Positions 1-7,728 of a DNA stretch of 56,754 nt are shown here, in pieces. The notes beneath the pieces are model-generated. The model was not told where the DNA came from. It saw nothing but the letters and a program-made list of their open reading frames with translations, and made no database searches. Location: positions 1-56,754 of the IMG/VR virus record IMGVR_UViG_3300046656_000441; one strand, 5' to 3'. The stretch is from a virus (Duplodnaviria; Caudoviricetes). The first letter of the stretch is position 1. The number at the start of each line of letters is the position of its first letter. A program made the position numbers and the translations under genes.

Positions 1-157
1 TCGTGATAGATGCGGCGATGAACGAGTTTCTGCAAGAGTCGGGAGCGCCGCTCAGCTGCGGCGCGCCTCTCGGCTCGCCTACGCTTCGCTAGGCGGCGGC
101 GTCTCGACTTCGTTGCCATCGGTGGTGACCTCCTGTGCGGCGGCGTGCGCCTTCTGC
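1..157. repeat. Terminal direct repeat, left copy (circular closure/terminal redundancy)
   Basis: 1-157 equals 56598-56754 except GA at 127-128 versus TG at 56724-56725. Confidence 0.95.
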
Positions 158-246
158 TTCTCTTCGCGCGCCTTGAAGCGCTTGTTCCAGGACGGCTTCT
201 CGCGCTTGTCCTTCGGGTCGAGCTTGCGCTTGGTGCCCTGCTTCAT
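79..246 (-). CDS. Small basic hypothetical protein (MKQGTKRKLD...)
   Basis: ATG at 246 with GGAGG upstream; high-GC3 codons; its 3' end lies in the terminal repeat. Confidence 0.45.
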   Translation of the reverse strand: MKQGTKRKLDPKDKREKPSWNKRFKAREEKQKAHAAAQEVTTDGNEVETPPPSEA

Positions 247-434
247 ACGCGTTTCCCTCCGTTGCGGCGGTTCACGAGCACGCCGTATGCCAGCTTTCGC
301 AGATGTTTGACCGTCGAGTGGCGCATGATGCGACGGAGCGCGACGTCGGGCCACGCGCGGAAGTCGCGCACGAATGACTGGCGCTCGGGAGTGTCGTTGT
401 TGGTGCTCACTTCTCCACCCCTTTCGACGGGCAA
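243..434 (-). CDS. Hypothetical protein
   Basis: ORF packed between neighbours with ATGA-type overlap; start uncertain. Confidence 0.3.
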   Translation of the reverse strand: MPVERGGEVSTNNDTPERQSFVRDFRAWPDVALRRIMRHSTVKHLRKLAYGVLVNRRNGGKRV

Positions 435-745
435 TCGTCTGTCACGCAGACGCCGCAGCTGGTCTTGACAAGTTTTCCGGTGTATTCGTCGTAGGCACTG
501 TAGCGCGGCGTGCGCTGGACGAGCTTATACCCGCAGTCGCCGCAGAACGTGCGCACGCGCGGGCCAGGGTCCGGTGCCGGCGGCTCCACAGGTGGCTCCA
601 CGGGCGCCTCGTATTTGCCCGGCGAGAAATGTGCGAGCTTGCTTTTGACCACGGCGCCGTCCACGTAAATGACATCCGCGTGGAGCACAGCGTTGTCCGG
701 CAGGTAGTTGTATTCACGTTCGTTCGAGCAGAAAATCGTAATCAC
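407..745 (-). CDS. Hypothetical protein with C-terminal Cys pairs (CGDC...CGVC)
   Basis: AGGAGG RBS before GTG; zinc-ribbon-like cysteines. Confidence 0.5.
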   Translation of the reverse strand: MITIFCSNEREYNYLPDNAVLHADVIYVDGAVVKSKLAHFSPGKYEAPVEPPVEPPAPDPGPRVRTFCGDCGYKLVQRTPRYSAYDEYTGKLVKTSCGVCVTDDCPSKGVEK

Positions 746-830
746 TTGGTCCCTCCTTTGGCGACGAAGTAGTAGAGCAGCGAGCCGGCGGCGTAGAGCA
801 GCGCGCCGCTGAAGTAGAGCACGGGCGCGC

Positions 831-1049
831 TCATCGGTCCTCCTGATTCAGGGTGACAAGGTTGAGAGGGTAGAAGGACAGCAGCAGCGAGCCATCCAGG
901 CGCACGGCGGCGCGCATGCCGTCTCGGTCGTCGCTGCAGCGGTCGCAGCCGGTGTTGACGTCGTGGAATCCGACCAGGACGCCATACAGGTAAGTCGGTA
1001 GCTCGGCGCCGTAGGGCGAGCTTTCGATGCGAACACGTTTGTCTAGCAT
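831..1049 (-). CDS. Hypothetical protein (MLDKRVRIE...)
   Basis: GAGGAG RBS before ATG 1049. Confidence 0.5.
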   Translation of the reverse strand: MLDKRVRIESSPYGAELPTYLYGVLVGFHDVNTGCDRCSDDRDGMRAAVRLDGSLLLSFYPLNLVTLNQEDR

Positions 1050-1056
1050 GGTCTCC

Positions 1057-1278
1057 TCAGTTGCAAAAGGCACACCAGGTGCCGCTGTCATCTCGTTCGG
1101 CCGCATCGACCGCTTTCGAGGACACACCCTCGACGGGCTTGTAACCATCGACGTCGAAGGTCTCATCCTCCAGCCGGTCAGCGTGCAGCCAGCACGCGTG
1201 GAACGTCGCGGTGTAGCCCTCGGGGCTCACGACTTGGCGCTTCACGCACGCGGGGCGAGGTCCGCTGATAGGTGTCAT
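1057..1278 (-). CDS. Hypothetical Cys/His protein
   Basis: Overlaps the upstream stop (ATGA); ends WCAFCN. Confidence 0.4.
   Translation of the reverse strand: MTPISGPRPACVKRQVVSPEGYTATFHACWLHADRLEDETFDVDGYKPVEGVSSKAVDAAERDDSGTWCAFCN
1062..1078 (-). promoter_or_regulatory. Weaker sigma54-type -24/-12 element CTGGTGTGCCTTTTGCA
   Basis: GG-N10-GC with TTGCA; 13 nt between GC and ATG 1049. Confidence 0.4.
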
Positions 1279-1553
1279 CGGTGCCTCGCAATCTCGCGCA
1301 TGTTGTGCTGCACGACATAGGCGCGAACCCCCACCAGGCCGGCGCCCATCGCGAGCGCGAGACGCGGGTGTGTCGCATGCAGCCGGCGCAGCGAGCGGTC
1401 AGCCGCCCATGCTTGCGCGCCCAGGATGCCATCAATCGCCACCGGGTTCTGTGTAGGCAGAAGCACCTCGCGCCCGCCAGTGTTCAGCATGTAGTGGGTG
1501 GTTGCGGCGTCCGAGCCGGCGAGAATCCACCAGGACAATAGCAGGGGCTTCAT
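1275..1553 (-). CDS. Small membrane protein, DUF5658-like
   Basis: Hydrophobic segments with DAATT..GGRE..P pattern recalled from DUF5658-type proteins. Confidence 0.45.
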   Translation of the reverse strand: MKPLLLSWWILAGSDAATTHYMLNTGGREVLLPTQNPVAIDGILGAQAWAADRSLRRLHATHPRLALAMGAGLVGVRAYVVQHNMREIARHR

Positions 1554-1912
1554 CGGCGGCTCAGCGTCAGCACGCCATAGGGGCCGATGCAGCGCTCCCA
1601 GGTGGACGCGTCGAAGATGTTCCCGCGCACCGTGGTTGCCTCGCTCTTGCCGATGAACGGCTTGGGACCGCCCGCATAGAGCACGGCGCCGTCGCTGTTG
1701 CGGATGAAACCGTAGTAGGACGAGCCCTTGTAGCCCTGCGGGCCGGTCTCGACGCGCATGAGCTTGGTGTATTTCGGGCCAGCGCTGGCCTCGATGTGCG
1801 TGACGTAGAGTCGCACGCTATCGCCCGCATGGGTCTTGTTGGTGACGCGTTCGACTTCCGCGATGAAGTCTTCGAGCGCGGCGTCGAACGTCTGCTTCTG
1901 TGTGGTTTCCAT
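1550..1912 (-). CDS. Conserved-looking phage early protein (METTQKQ...; KY..FI...G.V...P...RGNIFD)
   Basis: AGGAGG RBS; clean codon bias. Confidence 0.6.
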   Translation of the reverse strand: METTQKQTFDAALEDFIAEVERVTNKTHAGDSVRLYVTHIEASAGPKYTKLMRVETGPQGYKGSSYYGFIRNSDGAVLYAGGPKPFIGKSEATTVRGNIFDASTWERCIGPYGVLTLSRR

Positions 1913-1927
1913 TGTGCCCTCCTGATG

Positions 1928-1943
1928 TGCAATCACCGTGCCA
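1928..1943 (-). promoter_or_regulatory. sigma54-type element TGGCACGGTGATTGCA
   Basis: Matches TGGCACG-N4-TTGCW; 16 nt from GC to ATG 1912. Confidence 0.75.
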
Positions 1944-2124
1944 CCCGCATCAGCATCTCTTCGGCGCCCATCACCGCCGGCTCGCCGCAGCGCTTGCACG
2001 GGTAGCCCTTGGCGTCGGGCTCCACGAACGTCTGGCGCCCGTGGCAGGCGACGCAGAACCCCGTGCCGTTGTCCTTCTCGACTGCCGTCATTATCGCCTT
2101 GATGGTGAGCTTCAGCTTGGTCAT
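1933..2124 (-). CDS. Small zinc-ribbon protein (CVAC...CKRC)
   Basis: AGGAGG RBS; two CxxC pairs. Confidence 0.6.
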   Translation of the reverse strand: MTKLKLTIKAIMTAVEKDNGTGFCVACHGRQTFVEPDAKGYPCKRCGEPAVMGAEEMLMRVAR

Positions 2125-2324
2125 TTCGCCCTCCTGATTCGGACGATGTTGTCTTCCGTCGCGACGCCAGGCGTGCCGTAGCGCCCGCCCATGTTCAGCA
2201 CCCAGCCGTAGGGTCCGCGCATCACCGCCTTGCCCGACTTCTCCGCCCACTCCTGGCCGTCGCGCCCGATGCCGGCGGGCACGAGGATGGTGACGCGGTC
2301 GCCGTGTCGAATGGTATCAATCAT
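2121..2324 (-). CDS. Hypothetical protein (MIDTIRHGDRV...)
   Basis: AGGAGG RBS before ATG 2324. Confidence 0.6.
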   Translation of the reverse strand: MIDTIRHGDRVTILVPAGIGRDGQEWAEKSGKAVMRGPYGWVLNMGGRYGTPGVATEDNIVRIRRAK

Positions 2325-2503
2325 TGTGCCTCCTGATTGTGCAATCGCTGTGCCACCAGCCAGCCGCGCACGCCTTGGCGTGCGGGACCGAGCAAGACGG
2401 GGCGTTTGGCTGCACGTTTCGCGCGGCGTGCCCGTATCCACGCGTATAGCTCCTCCGGTGTCATCGTCGCGTTGCGTTTCGCGCGGGTCATTCTCGCCAT
2501 CAT
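2321..2503 (-). CDS. Small basic hypothetical protein, first gene of the leftward arm
   Basis: ATGA overlap with the next gene; start uncertain. Confidence 0.35.
   Translation of the reverse strand: MMARMTRAKRNATMTPEELYAWIRARRAKRAAKRPVLLGPARQGVRGWLVAQRLHNQEAQ
2340..2355 (-). promoter_or_regulatory. sigma54-type element TGGCACAGCGATTGCA
   Basis: TGGCAC-N5-TTGCA; 16 nt from GC to ATG 2324. Confidence 0.75.
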
Positions 2504-2506
2504 TCA

Positions 2507-2606
2507 CCGTCCTGATTCGGGGACGACTGTCCTGATTTGCCGTCCTGATTCGGGGACGAGAACCGCCCGCGAGCGTCGCGTAGCGCGTAGAACCGCTCGC
2601 GAGCGT
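2507..2606. repeat. Short direct repeats
   Basis: CCGTCCTGATTCGGGGACGA at 2507-2526 and 2540-2559 (partial GTCCTGATT at 2529-2537); AGAACCGCYCGCGAGCGT at 2559-2576 and 2589-2606. Confidence 0.85.
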
Positions 2607-2618
2607 AGCCACCTATCT

Positions 2619-2861
2619 CGGCACGAATCTTGCCCAGCAGGCGCGTCTCGTGCAAGTCCGACCGCTTTGGTCCGGCATGGACTATGCTGTCATCAGCGAA
2701 GCGCGTGCCGCGTTCCCGATTACGTTTTCGCATGGGCCGTGCGATTGCAAGCGAGATGCCGGCGAGTGTTCCACAAAAATAGGACACGAAGTATCGATAG
2801 TGGACATTCGGAGCACGGGAAACGCGAAAACGCCAGTGTTTACGCTGGCACGCCGCGTGCT
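2619..2861. promoter_or_regulatory. Divergent control region with 7 GG-N10-GC sigma54-type elements
   Basis: + strand: CGGCACGAATCTTGC 2619, AGGCGCGTCTCGTGCA 2639, CGGCATGGACTATGCT 2673, GGGCCGTGCGATTGCA 2734, CTGGCACGCCGCGTGCT 2845; - strand: CGGCACGCGCTTCGCT 2695-2710, CGGCATCTCGCTTGCA 2746-2761. Confidence 0.7.
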
Positions 2862-2873
2862 CTATTGTCTGGC

Positions 2874-3080
2874 ATGCCCACCAAAACCGCCGATTACGAT
2901 AAGCGCTATTCCGTTCTATGGCTATCGCGTGACGGAGAGCCCGAACTAGTCGCGCGTCCAGTCGCGCGGTTTCGCACGCTACAGAACGCGCGAGACTTTG
3001 CCACAGAATATGCTGCCGATACATCGGGCGGATTCGTGGCGATTCGCGACAATGAGACCGATACGTTCATCGAATCGTAA
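2874..3080 (+). CDS. Hypothetical early protein (MPTKTADYDKRY...), probably leaderless
   Basis: C-terminal part of ORF 2337..3080; ATG 13 nt after the GC of the 2845 element; no SD. Confidence 0.5.
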   Translation: MPTKTADYDKRYSVLWLSRDGEPELVARPVARFRTLQNARDFATEYAADTSGGFVAIRDNETDTFIES

Positions 3081-3107
3081 ACCGCAGCCTATCAGGAGAT
3101 TACAAAA

Positions 3108-3509
3108 GTGAAAAACCACGGCCAGTCGAACAACACCATCACGCGCTCACTCGCAAACGCGCAGATTGCGCATGCGGCATCATCGGTCGTATTCGACGCG
3201 CGCGACGTCGCCAGCGTCGACGCGTTGTCCACGGTTTTCCGTATCTACACTGAGGACACGGGCGACGATTTCCCGGAGCATGTGACCCGCATCGGCTTTG
3301 ATGGCGCGACGATGTTCAGCGCGACCGGCATTTACAAGGGCCAGACGGAGCGTTCCGCCGTGCTCGAAATCATCGCCCCATACGGGCGTCGCGCCGATGT
3401 GCTCGCGCTCACGGTCGCCCTTGTTGATGCGCATCATCAGGAGTGCGCTATTCTCTCCTGGCAGAACGCCCGCGTGTTCGATTCAACGTTCGTCTTCGGC
3501 TCGCGGTAA
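3108..3509 (+). CDS. Hypothetical protein (G.T.F...G.YKG..E.S...EI)
   Basis: AGGAG RBS; globular-looking composition. Confidence 0.6.
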   Translation: MKNHGQSNNTITRSLANAQIAHAASSVVFDARDVASVDALSTVFRIYTEDTGDDFPEHVTRIGFDGATMFSATGIYKGQTERSAVLEIIAPYGRRADVLALTVALVDAHHQECAILSWQNARVFDSTFVFGSR

Positions 3510-3535
3510 CCACGGCATTTCAGGGAGAACGGGCA

Positions 3536-3754
3536 ATGAAGCTTTATAGCTGGTATGGACTAGACGGGCGAGATTACGGGGTAGATGTTGTTGCCGTTAT
3601 GGCGACCAGCTATACCGCGGCGCTCAAAAAGGCAACCAAGGTAGTGGAAGCACGGCACGCCTACGATGATGAGCGCCGCGTGCAAGCCATTGCACGGCTG
3701 CAGCTGCAGCCACCTCGTATGACGTCGACAATTTCACTCTCGTATTACGAGTAG
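3536..3754 (+). CDS. Hypothetical protein (MKLYSWYG...)
   Basis: GGGAG RBS; followed by a hairpin. Confidence 0.5.
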   Translation: MKLYSWYGLDGRDYGVDVVAVMATSYTAALKKATKVVEARHAYDDERRVQAIARLQLQPPRMTSTISLSYYE

Positions 3755-3763
3755 CGTCAACCA

Positions 3764-3789
3764 CGGGCGCCCTTACGGGCGCCTATTTC
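3764..3789 (+). terminator. Possible hairpin/terminator GGGCGCCC-TTAC-GGGCGCCT
   Basis: Inverted repeat after a stop codon; weak U tract. Confidence 0.35.
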
Positions 3790-3808
3790 AGGGAAGGGAC
3801 AGCAATCA

Positions 3809-4444
3809 ATGCGCATCAACAAATCGCCCCATGCGGCCCACGTAGCGCGCTACCGCGCGAATCTTCGCAAGGTATACGCGCGCGCGACCGATGCCGACAA
3901 ACGCGAAGGGCTGGCGTGGTATCCAACCGCCGCGGCAGGCTGCAATACATGGGCGCAAGGTTTTGGGCTAGACGCCCGCACAATCGCCAGCGTCATTGCA
4001 GCCATCAGTCCGCAATGCGACTGGACAAGCAACCTGCGCATTGCGTTCGAACTACTCTCAGGACAGCCGCGGGTTACCGGTGGCGCCTTGCGCGCGAACG
4101 TCGAAAAGGCGCGCCAAATCTTGAACGACCGTGCTCACGGGGTAGCAGGGTATTTCAAGGTTGCCCCGAAAGTGACCGCGTTTTCGCGCAACCTGGCTGG
4201 AGATGATAGCGTCGTCACAATCGATGCGCATGCAGCGCAAGCCGCAACCAACAACCTGGGCATTTCCACGGTTAGACCTGCCGCCTACGTCGTGTTCTCA
4301 CAGTGTTACGTCGACGTGGCGCGCGAGCTGGGGATTCGCCCTTGCGATTTCCAAGCAATCGTATGGTGTGCGTGGAAGCGTCGATACTCGCCGGAGCGTA
4401 AACGCGCCATCAAACGCGCGAACGCGCGCAAGGCGGAGGACTAG
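3809..4444 (+). CDS. DUF7178-like / HhH DNA-glycosylase-like phage protein
   Basis: G..WY, IAAISPQ..W..N, KV.AF..N, VTIDAH, QA..W motifs recalled from this phage family. Confidence 0.55.
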   Translation: MRINKSPHAAHVARYRANLRKVYARATDADKREGLAWYPTAAAGCNTWAQGFGLDARTIASVIAAISPQCDWTSNLRIAFELLSGQPRVTGGALRANVEKARQILNDRAHGVAGYFKVAPKVTAFSRNLAGDDSVVTIDAHAAQAATNNLGISTVRPAAYVVFSQCYVDVARELGIRPCDFQAIVWCAWKRRYSPERKRAIKRANARKAED

Positions 4445-4448
4445 CACA

Positions 4449-4706
4449 ATGGTAATCGACGCCTTGATAGACTTCGACGGGGGCGCCATCACGCAGACGG
4501 TTGACGGAGCGCTCCGCGTTCGATTCGCGCTCGAATGCTACCACGGGGCATTGTCGGATAGCTTGAACGACCGGTATCGTGCCCGGGGCAATGATGCCGG
4601 TTGCGATTTGCTACGCTCGCAGCTGACCGCGCTCGAATCCCAGCTAACCCGCGTGCGCGAAGCCATTGCGCGCGCCTACACCGAAAAGGGAGTATCTCAT
4701 GTCTGA
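4449..4706 (+). CDS. Hypothetical protein with C-terminal coiled coil
   Basis: GGAGG RBS before ATG 4449. Confidence 0.5.
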   Translation: MVIDALIDFDGGAITQTVDGALRVRFALECYHGALSDSLNDRYRARGNDAGCDLLRSQLTALESQLTRVREAIARAYTEKGVSHV

Positions 4707-4956
4707 TAGCTATCGCCGTTACAGCGCTGACTCGGAGGACCTTGGGAGCACGACGCGTGAGGACGCCAAGCGCTGGCGCGCCTACATGCGGAGCCTTGAG
4801 GAGCGAGGCGCGCCGCGTAAACGCGCGCACTCCACTGGAACGATGCACGCGAGCACGCGCGCATCATTCGACGCCGCATGTGCGCGCGCACGCGCGACAC
4901 ATGAGGACGAATCAATCGATGCGCGCGAAATGTTCGCGCGCATCATCGCCAGCTAG
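4699..4956 (+). CDS. Hypothetical protein (MSDSYRRY...)
   Basis: GGGAG RBS; overlaps the upstream stop. Confidence 0.4.
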   Translation: MSDSYRRYSADSEDLGSTTREDAKRWRAYMRSLEERGAPRKRAHSTGTMHASTRASFDAACARARATHEDESIDAREMFARIIAS

Positions 4957-5435
4957 ACTGCTACTCGGGACGCGCGCCTAGTGCGCGCGTTCCGCCCATC
5001 ATCATCGACGCGCGCATCACGCGCGCATCACTCCCGCCCATTACGCCATTCAACGTAACGCGCGACACGTGCGCGGCGCGCGCGCGTCGCATCGATTGAC
5101 ATTCACGCGCGCGTGATTCTCGCGCGTGAACGCGTGCGCCACTTCCGGCCGCACGTCCTTCCACCCGATATGGCGCGCCCGGCGGCGAGCGTAGCGAGGA
5201 CGTGTGGGGGTGCGCCCGATTCCGGCGCCGAATCCGGCCAGGCAAGCGGACCTGGGGCGCCGCGTTCCGGCCCGAAACCCCGGCATCGAGGGGGATTAGG
5301 CACAGAGTTGCACCGGCCGGGGAACCGGCCAACGTTGGCCAATGGACGTCCATAGGGGGATGCGCGCGCGTACGCACGCGTGTGCTGGGGGTGTGTGGGG
5401 TGGGTAGTCCTGACCCGCGATGTCTGCTGCCATTA

Positions 5436-5451
5436 TGGTGCAGCCCTTGCA
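5436..5451 (+). promoter_or_regulatory. Weaker sigma54-type element TGGTGCAGCCCTTGCA upstream of the packaging genes
   Basis: GG-N10-GC with TTGCA in non-coding DNA. Confidence 0.4.
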
Positions 5452-5482
5452 GGATGTCAAGCTCCCGTGTTACCATCGGTGC

Positions 5483-5563
5483 GTGACCATCCTCCGAGCC
5501 GTCTGCCTGGTGGCTGGGCTAGCGGCATTCATCCTCTACGCCAAGCTAAAGCCCGAGAACTAA
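5483..5563 (+). CDS. Possible 26-aa membrane peptide (MTILRAVCLVAGLAAFILYAKLKPEN)
   Basis: GTG..TAA frame ending at the terS RBS; one hydrophobic helix; below the ORF track cut-off. Confidence 0.25.
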   Translation: MTILRAVCLVAGLAAFILYAKLKPEN

Positions 5564-5570
5564 AGGAGTT

Positions 5571-6104
5571 ATGCCCAGCCCCCGCGCCTCAGCCGCTATC
5601 ACCGACGAGTCCCGCATGGCGCCCGCCGCCTCGGAAGGGCTCATTGCGCCCTCGGACTACCGGGTCGCCGCGGAGCGCCGCGACCGGGAGCGCCAGAACC
5701 GCAAGCCCGGCCCCAAGCCGGCTGAGGTAAGCGAAGCAATGGCGGAAGTGGTGGTCAACCTGATGGACAAGCTGGAAGCTGCCGCCATCGCCCGCCGGCT
5801 GAAGATTGACCCCCGCACGGTGCGCGAGACCATCAAGGCGGCGCGCACCAGCCTGGCGGCACGCGCCGAGGTCTATGTCGAGCTGCATGCCCATGCTGCC
5901 GCCATCGCGGCCATGAACGGTGACGCGAAGCCGGCCCAGTGGGCGCTCGAACGCATCCACGAGGACGGCGACCGGGTGATTGACCCACCCAAGGCTGAGG
6001 AGACCAAGGCGCCCGCCACCTTCAATATCGGGTTCAAGATTGGGGGTCTGCCCGAGGGAGTCGTGGTCAACCCGCTGGCGCTTGACGGCGAGGTCGCCAA
6101 GTGA
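5571..6104 (+). CDS. terS: Terminase small subunit (putative)
   Basis: AAGGAG RBS; HTH-like IARRLKIDPRTV and AQWALER; directly precedes terL. Confidence 0.65.
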   Translation: MPSPRASAAITDESRMAPAASEGLIAPSDYRVAAERRDRERQNRKPGPKPAEVSEAMAEVVVNLMDKLEAAAIARRLKIDPRTVRETIKAARTSLAARAEVYVELHAHAAAIAAMNGDAKPAQWALERIHEDGDRVIDPPKAEETKAPATFNIGFKIGGLPEGVVVNPLALDGEVAK

Positions 6105-7720
6105 ATGTGACCAATGCCCTGCTCGCGCAGGGTGGCTTCATCCCGGGTCTGCCGCCCATCGCCGCCGAGGAGATGGACCGCATCGATGAGGCGCTCAAAG
6201 CCGCGGTCATCCCCGACCGGCGGAAGTCCTACTTCGCGGCCAACGAACTCGCGCTCCTGCCCCGCGATGCCTTCTGTGTGTCGCGCCCGAAGGGCGCGGT
6301 AGAGATTCTCTATCGACCGTCCTCCGAGAAGCACAAACTCTATCATGCGAGCACGTTGCCCAAGCTCATCATGGAGGGACGCCGCGGCACCGGCAAGTCC
6401 CACACGATGCGCTGGGATTTCCACATGCGCGCGATGGGTTACGCCGGGTTCCGCTACCTGATGCTCCGGCGGACGATGCCCGAGCTGAGGAAGTCCCATC
6501 TCCAGTTTGTCGAGACCGACATGGAGAAGATGGGCGGGCGCGCGCTCGGTGTGCGCAGCGGCAACGTCGAACTCCACTACGCCAACGGGAGCCGCGGGCT
6601 CTTCGGCCACTGCGAGACCGAGGCCGACGTCCTCAAGTATCTGTCGGCCCAGTTCGACGCCATCTGCTTTGACGAAATCACCACCTTTGACTGGGATATG
6701 GTTACCCGCATCGGCACCAGCTGCCGTGTGGTCGAGGGCTCAGGGCTGACCGCCATCATCCGCGGCGGCACGAACCCCATTGGTGTGTCGGCCGACGAAG
6801 TGCACCACTACTTCATTGCCAAGGACGTCCTCAAGGAAGAGGACGCCAAATACGACCCGAGGGACTGGGGCTCGCTCCACATCGAGCGCGAGGACGCCGC
6901 AGGGACCGTCGACTTCGAGCAATACGACAAAGCGTTCGTCGGGTTGAGCAAAGCCTACCAGGACGCCTGGCTCGACGGGAAGTGGGGCGTCGAGGGCGCC
7001 TACTTCACCATCGAGGCGCCGAACCTGTGTAGGAATGACACGATGCCGCGCTGCAGCTGGACCGACAACGAGCCGGCGCGCATGTGTCTCCTCTGGCCGG
7101 GCATGCACATCTATCGCGTGTTCGACTACGGCTTCCACGACCCGAGTGTGTGCGTGTGGATAGCGGCGCTGCCCAACGGGCGCTACGTCGCGTTCAAAGA
7201 GATGTCGTGGGTGCGCAAGACGGTGCAGCAGATTATCCCCGAGATTCTCGCCGCCTCCGAGGGGATGAAGGTTATCACGACCATTGCCGACCCCACCCTG
7301 TGGGATGGGGAGAAGGAAATGGGCCACTGCATGGCCCACATCTTCGAGGACAGCGGGATTATGCTCACGGCCGGCGTGAACGACCGCACCGCGGCCGGGT
7401 TCGCCATCCAGGAGCTGCTGAACACCAACCTCAAGGACGGGGAGCCGACGCTGCTCCTCAACGAGGAGAGCTGCCCGACCCTGGTCAAGACGCTGCGCTC
7501 GATGCGCATCGACAAGAAGCATCCGGGCCGCATCGCGGACTCGAAAGTCGACCACATGCCTATCGCGCTGGGCTACTTCGCGCAGGCGAAACCGCCCGCG
7601 CCGCAGCCGCCCGCGCTGTCCGTCTCACGACCCTGGATGCACAACCCTTCGGGCGAGCGCCCCGTCATGGGCGCCGGTAATGTGCGCCGCCGAGCCAACT
7701 CCGTATACGATATTCACTGA
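6101..7720 (+). CDS. terL: Terminase large subunit
   Basis: Walker A GRRGTGKS, Walker B ICFDE, coupling GTNP, nuclease DYGFHDP ... DH. Confidence 0.93.
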   Translation: MNVTNALLAQGGFIPGLPPIAAEEMDRIDEALKAAVIPDRRKSYFAANELALLPRDAFCVSRPKGAVEILYRPSSEKHKLYHASTLPKLIMEGRRGTGKSHTMRWDFHMRAMGYAGFRYLMLRRTMPELRKSHLQFVETDMEKMGGRALGVRSGNVELHYANGSRGLFGHCETEADVLKYLSAQFDAICFDEITTFDWDMVTRIGTSCRVVEGSGLTAIIRGGTNPIGVSADEVHHYFIAKDVLKEEDAKYDPRDWGSLHIEREDAAGTVDFEQYDKAFVGLSKAYQDAWLDGKWGVEGAYFTIEAPNLCRNDTMPRCSWTDNEPARMCLLWPGMHIYRVFDYGFHDPSVCVWIAALPNGRYVAFKEMSWVRKTVQQIIPEILAASEGMKVITTIADPTLWDGEKEMGHCMAHIFEDSGIMLTAGVNDRTAAGFAIQELLNTNLKDGEPTLLLNEESCPTLVKTLRSMRIDKKHPGRIADSKVDHMPIALGYFAQAKPPAPQPPALSVSRPWMHNPSGERPVMGAGNVRRRANSVYDIH

Positions 7721-7728
7721 GGTTAGCC

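Noticed and set aside
2507-2606. CRISPR-like mini-array
   Set aside because: Only two full 20-bp copies 13 bp apart; no spacer-length intervals and no cas operon.
5298-5312. sigma54-like AGGCACAGAGTTGCA
   Set aside because: GG-to-GC spacing is 9 nt rather than the required 10.
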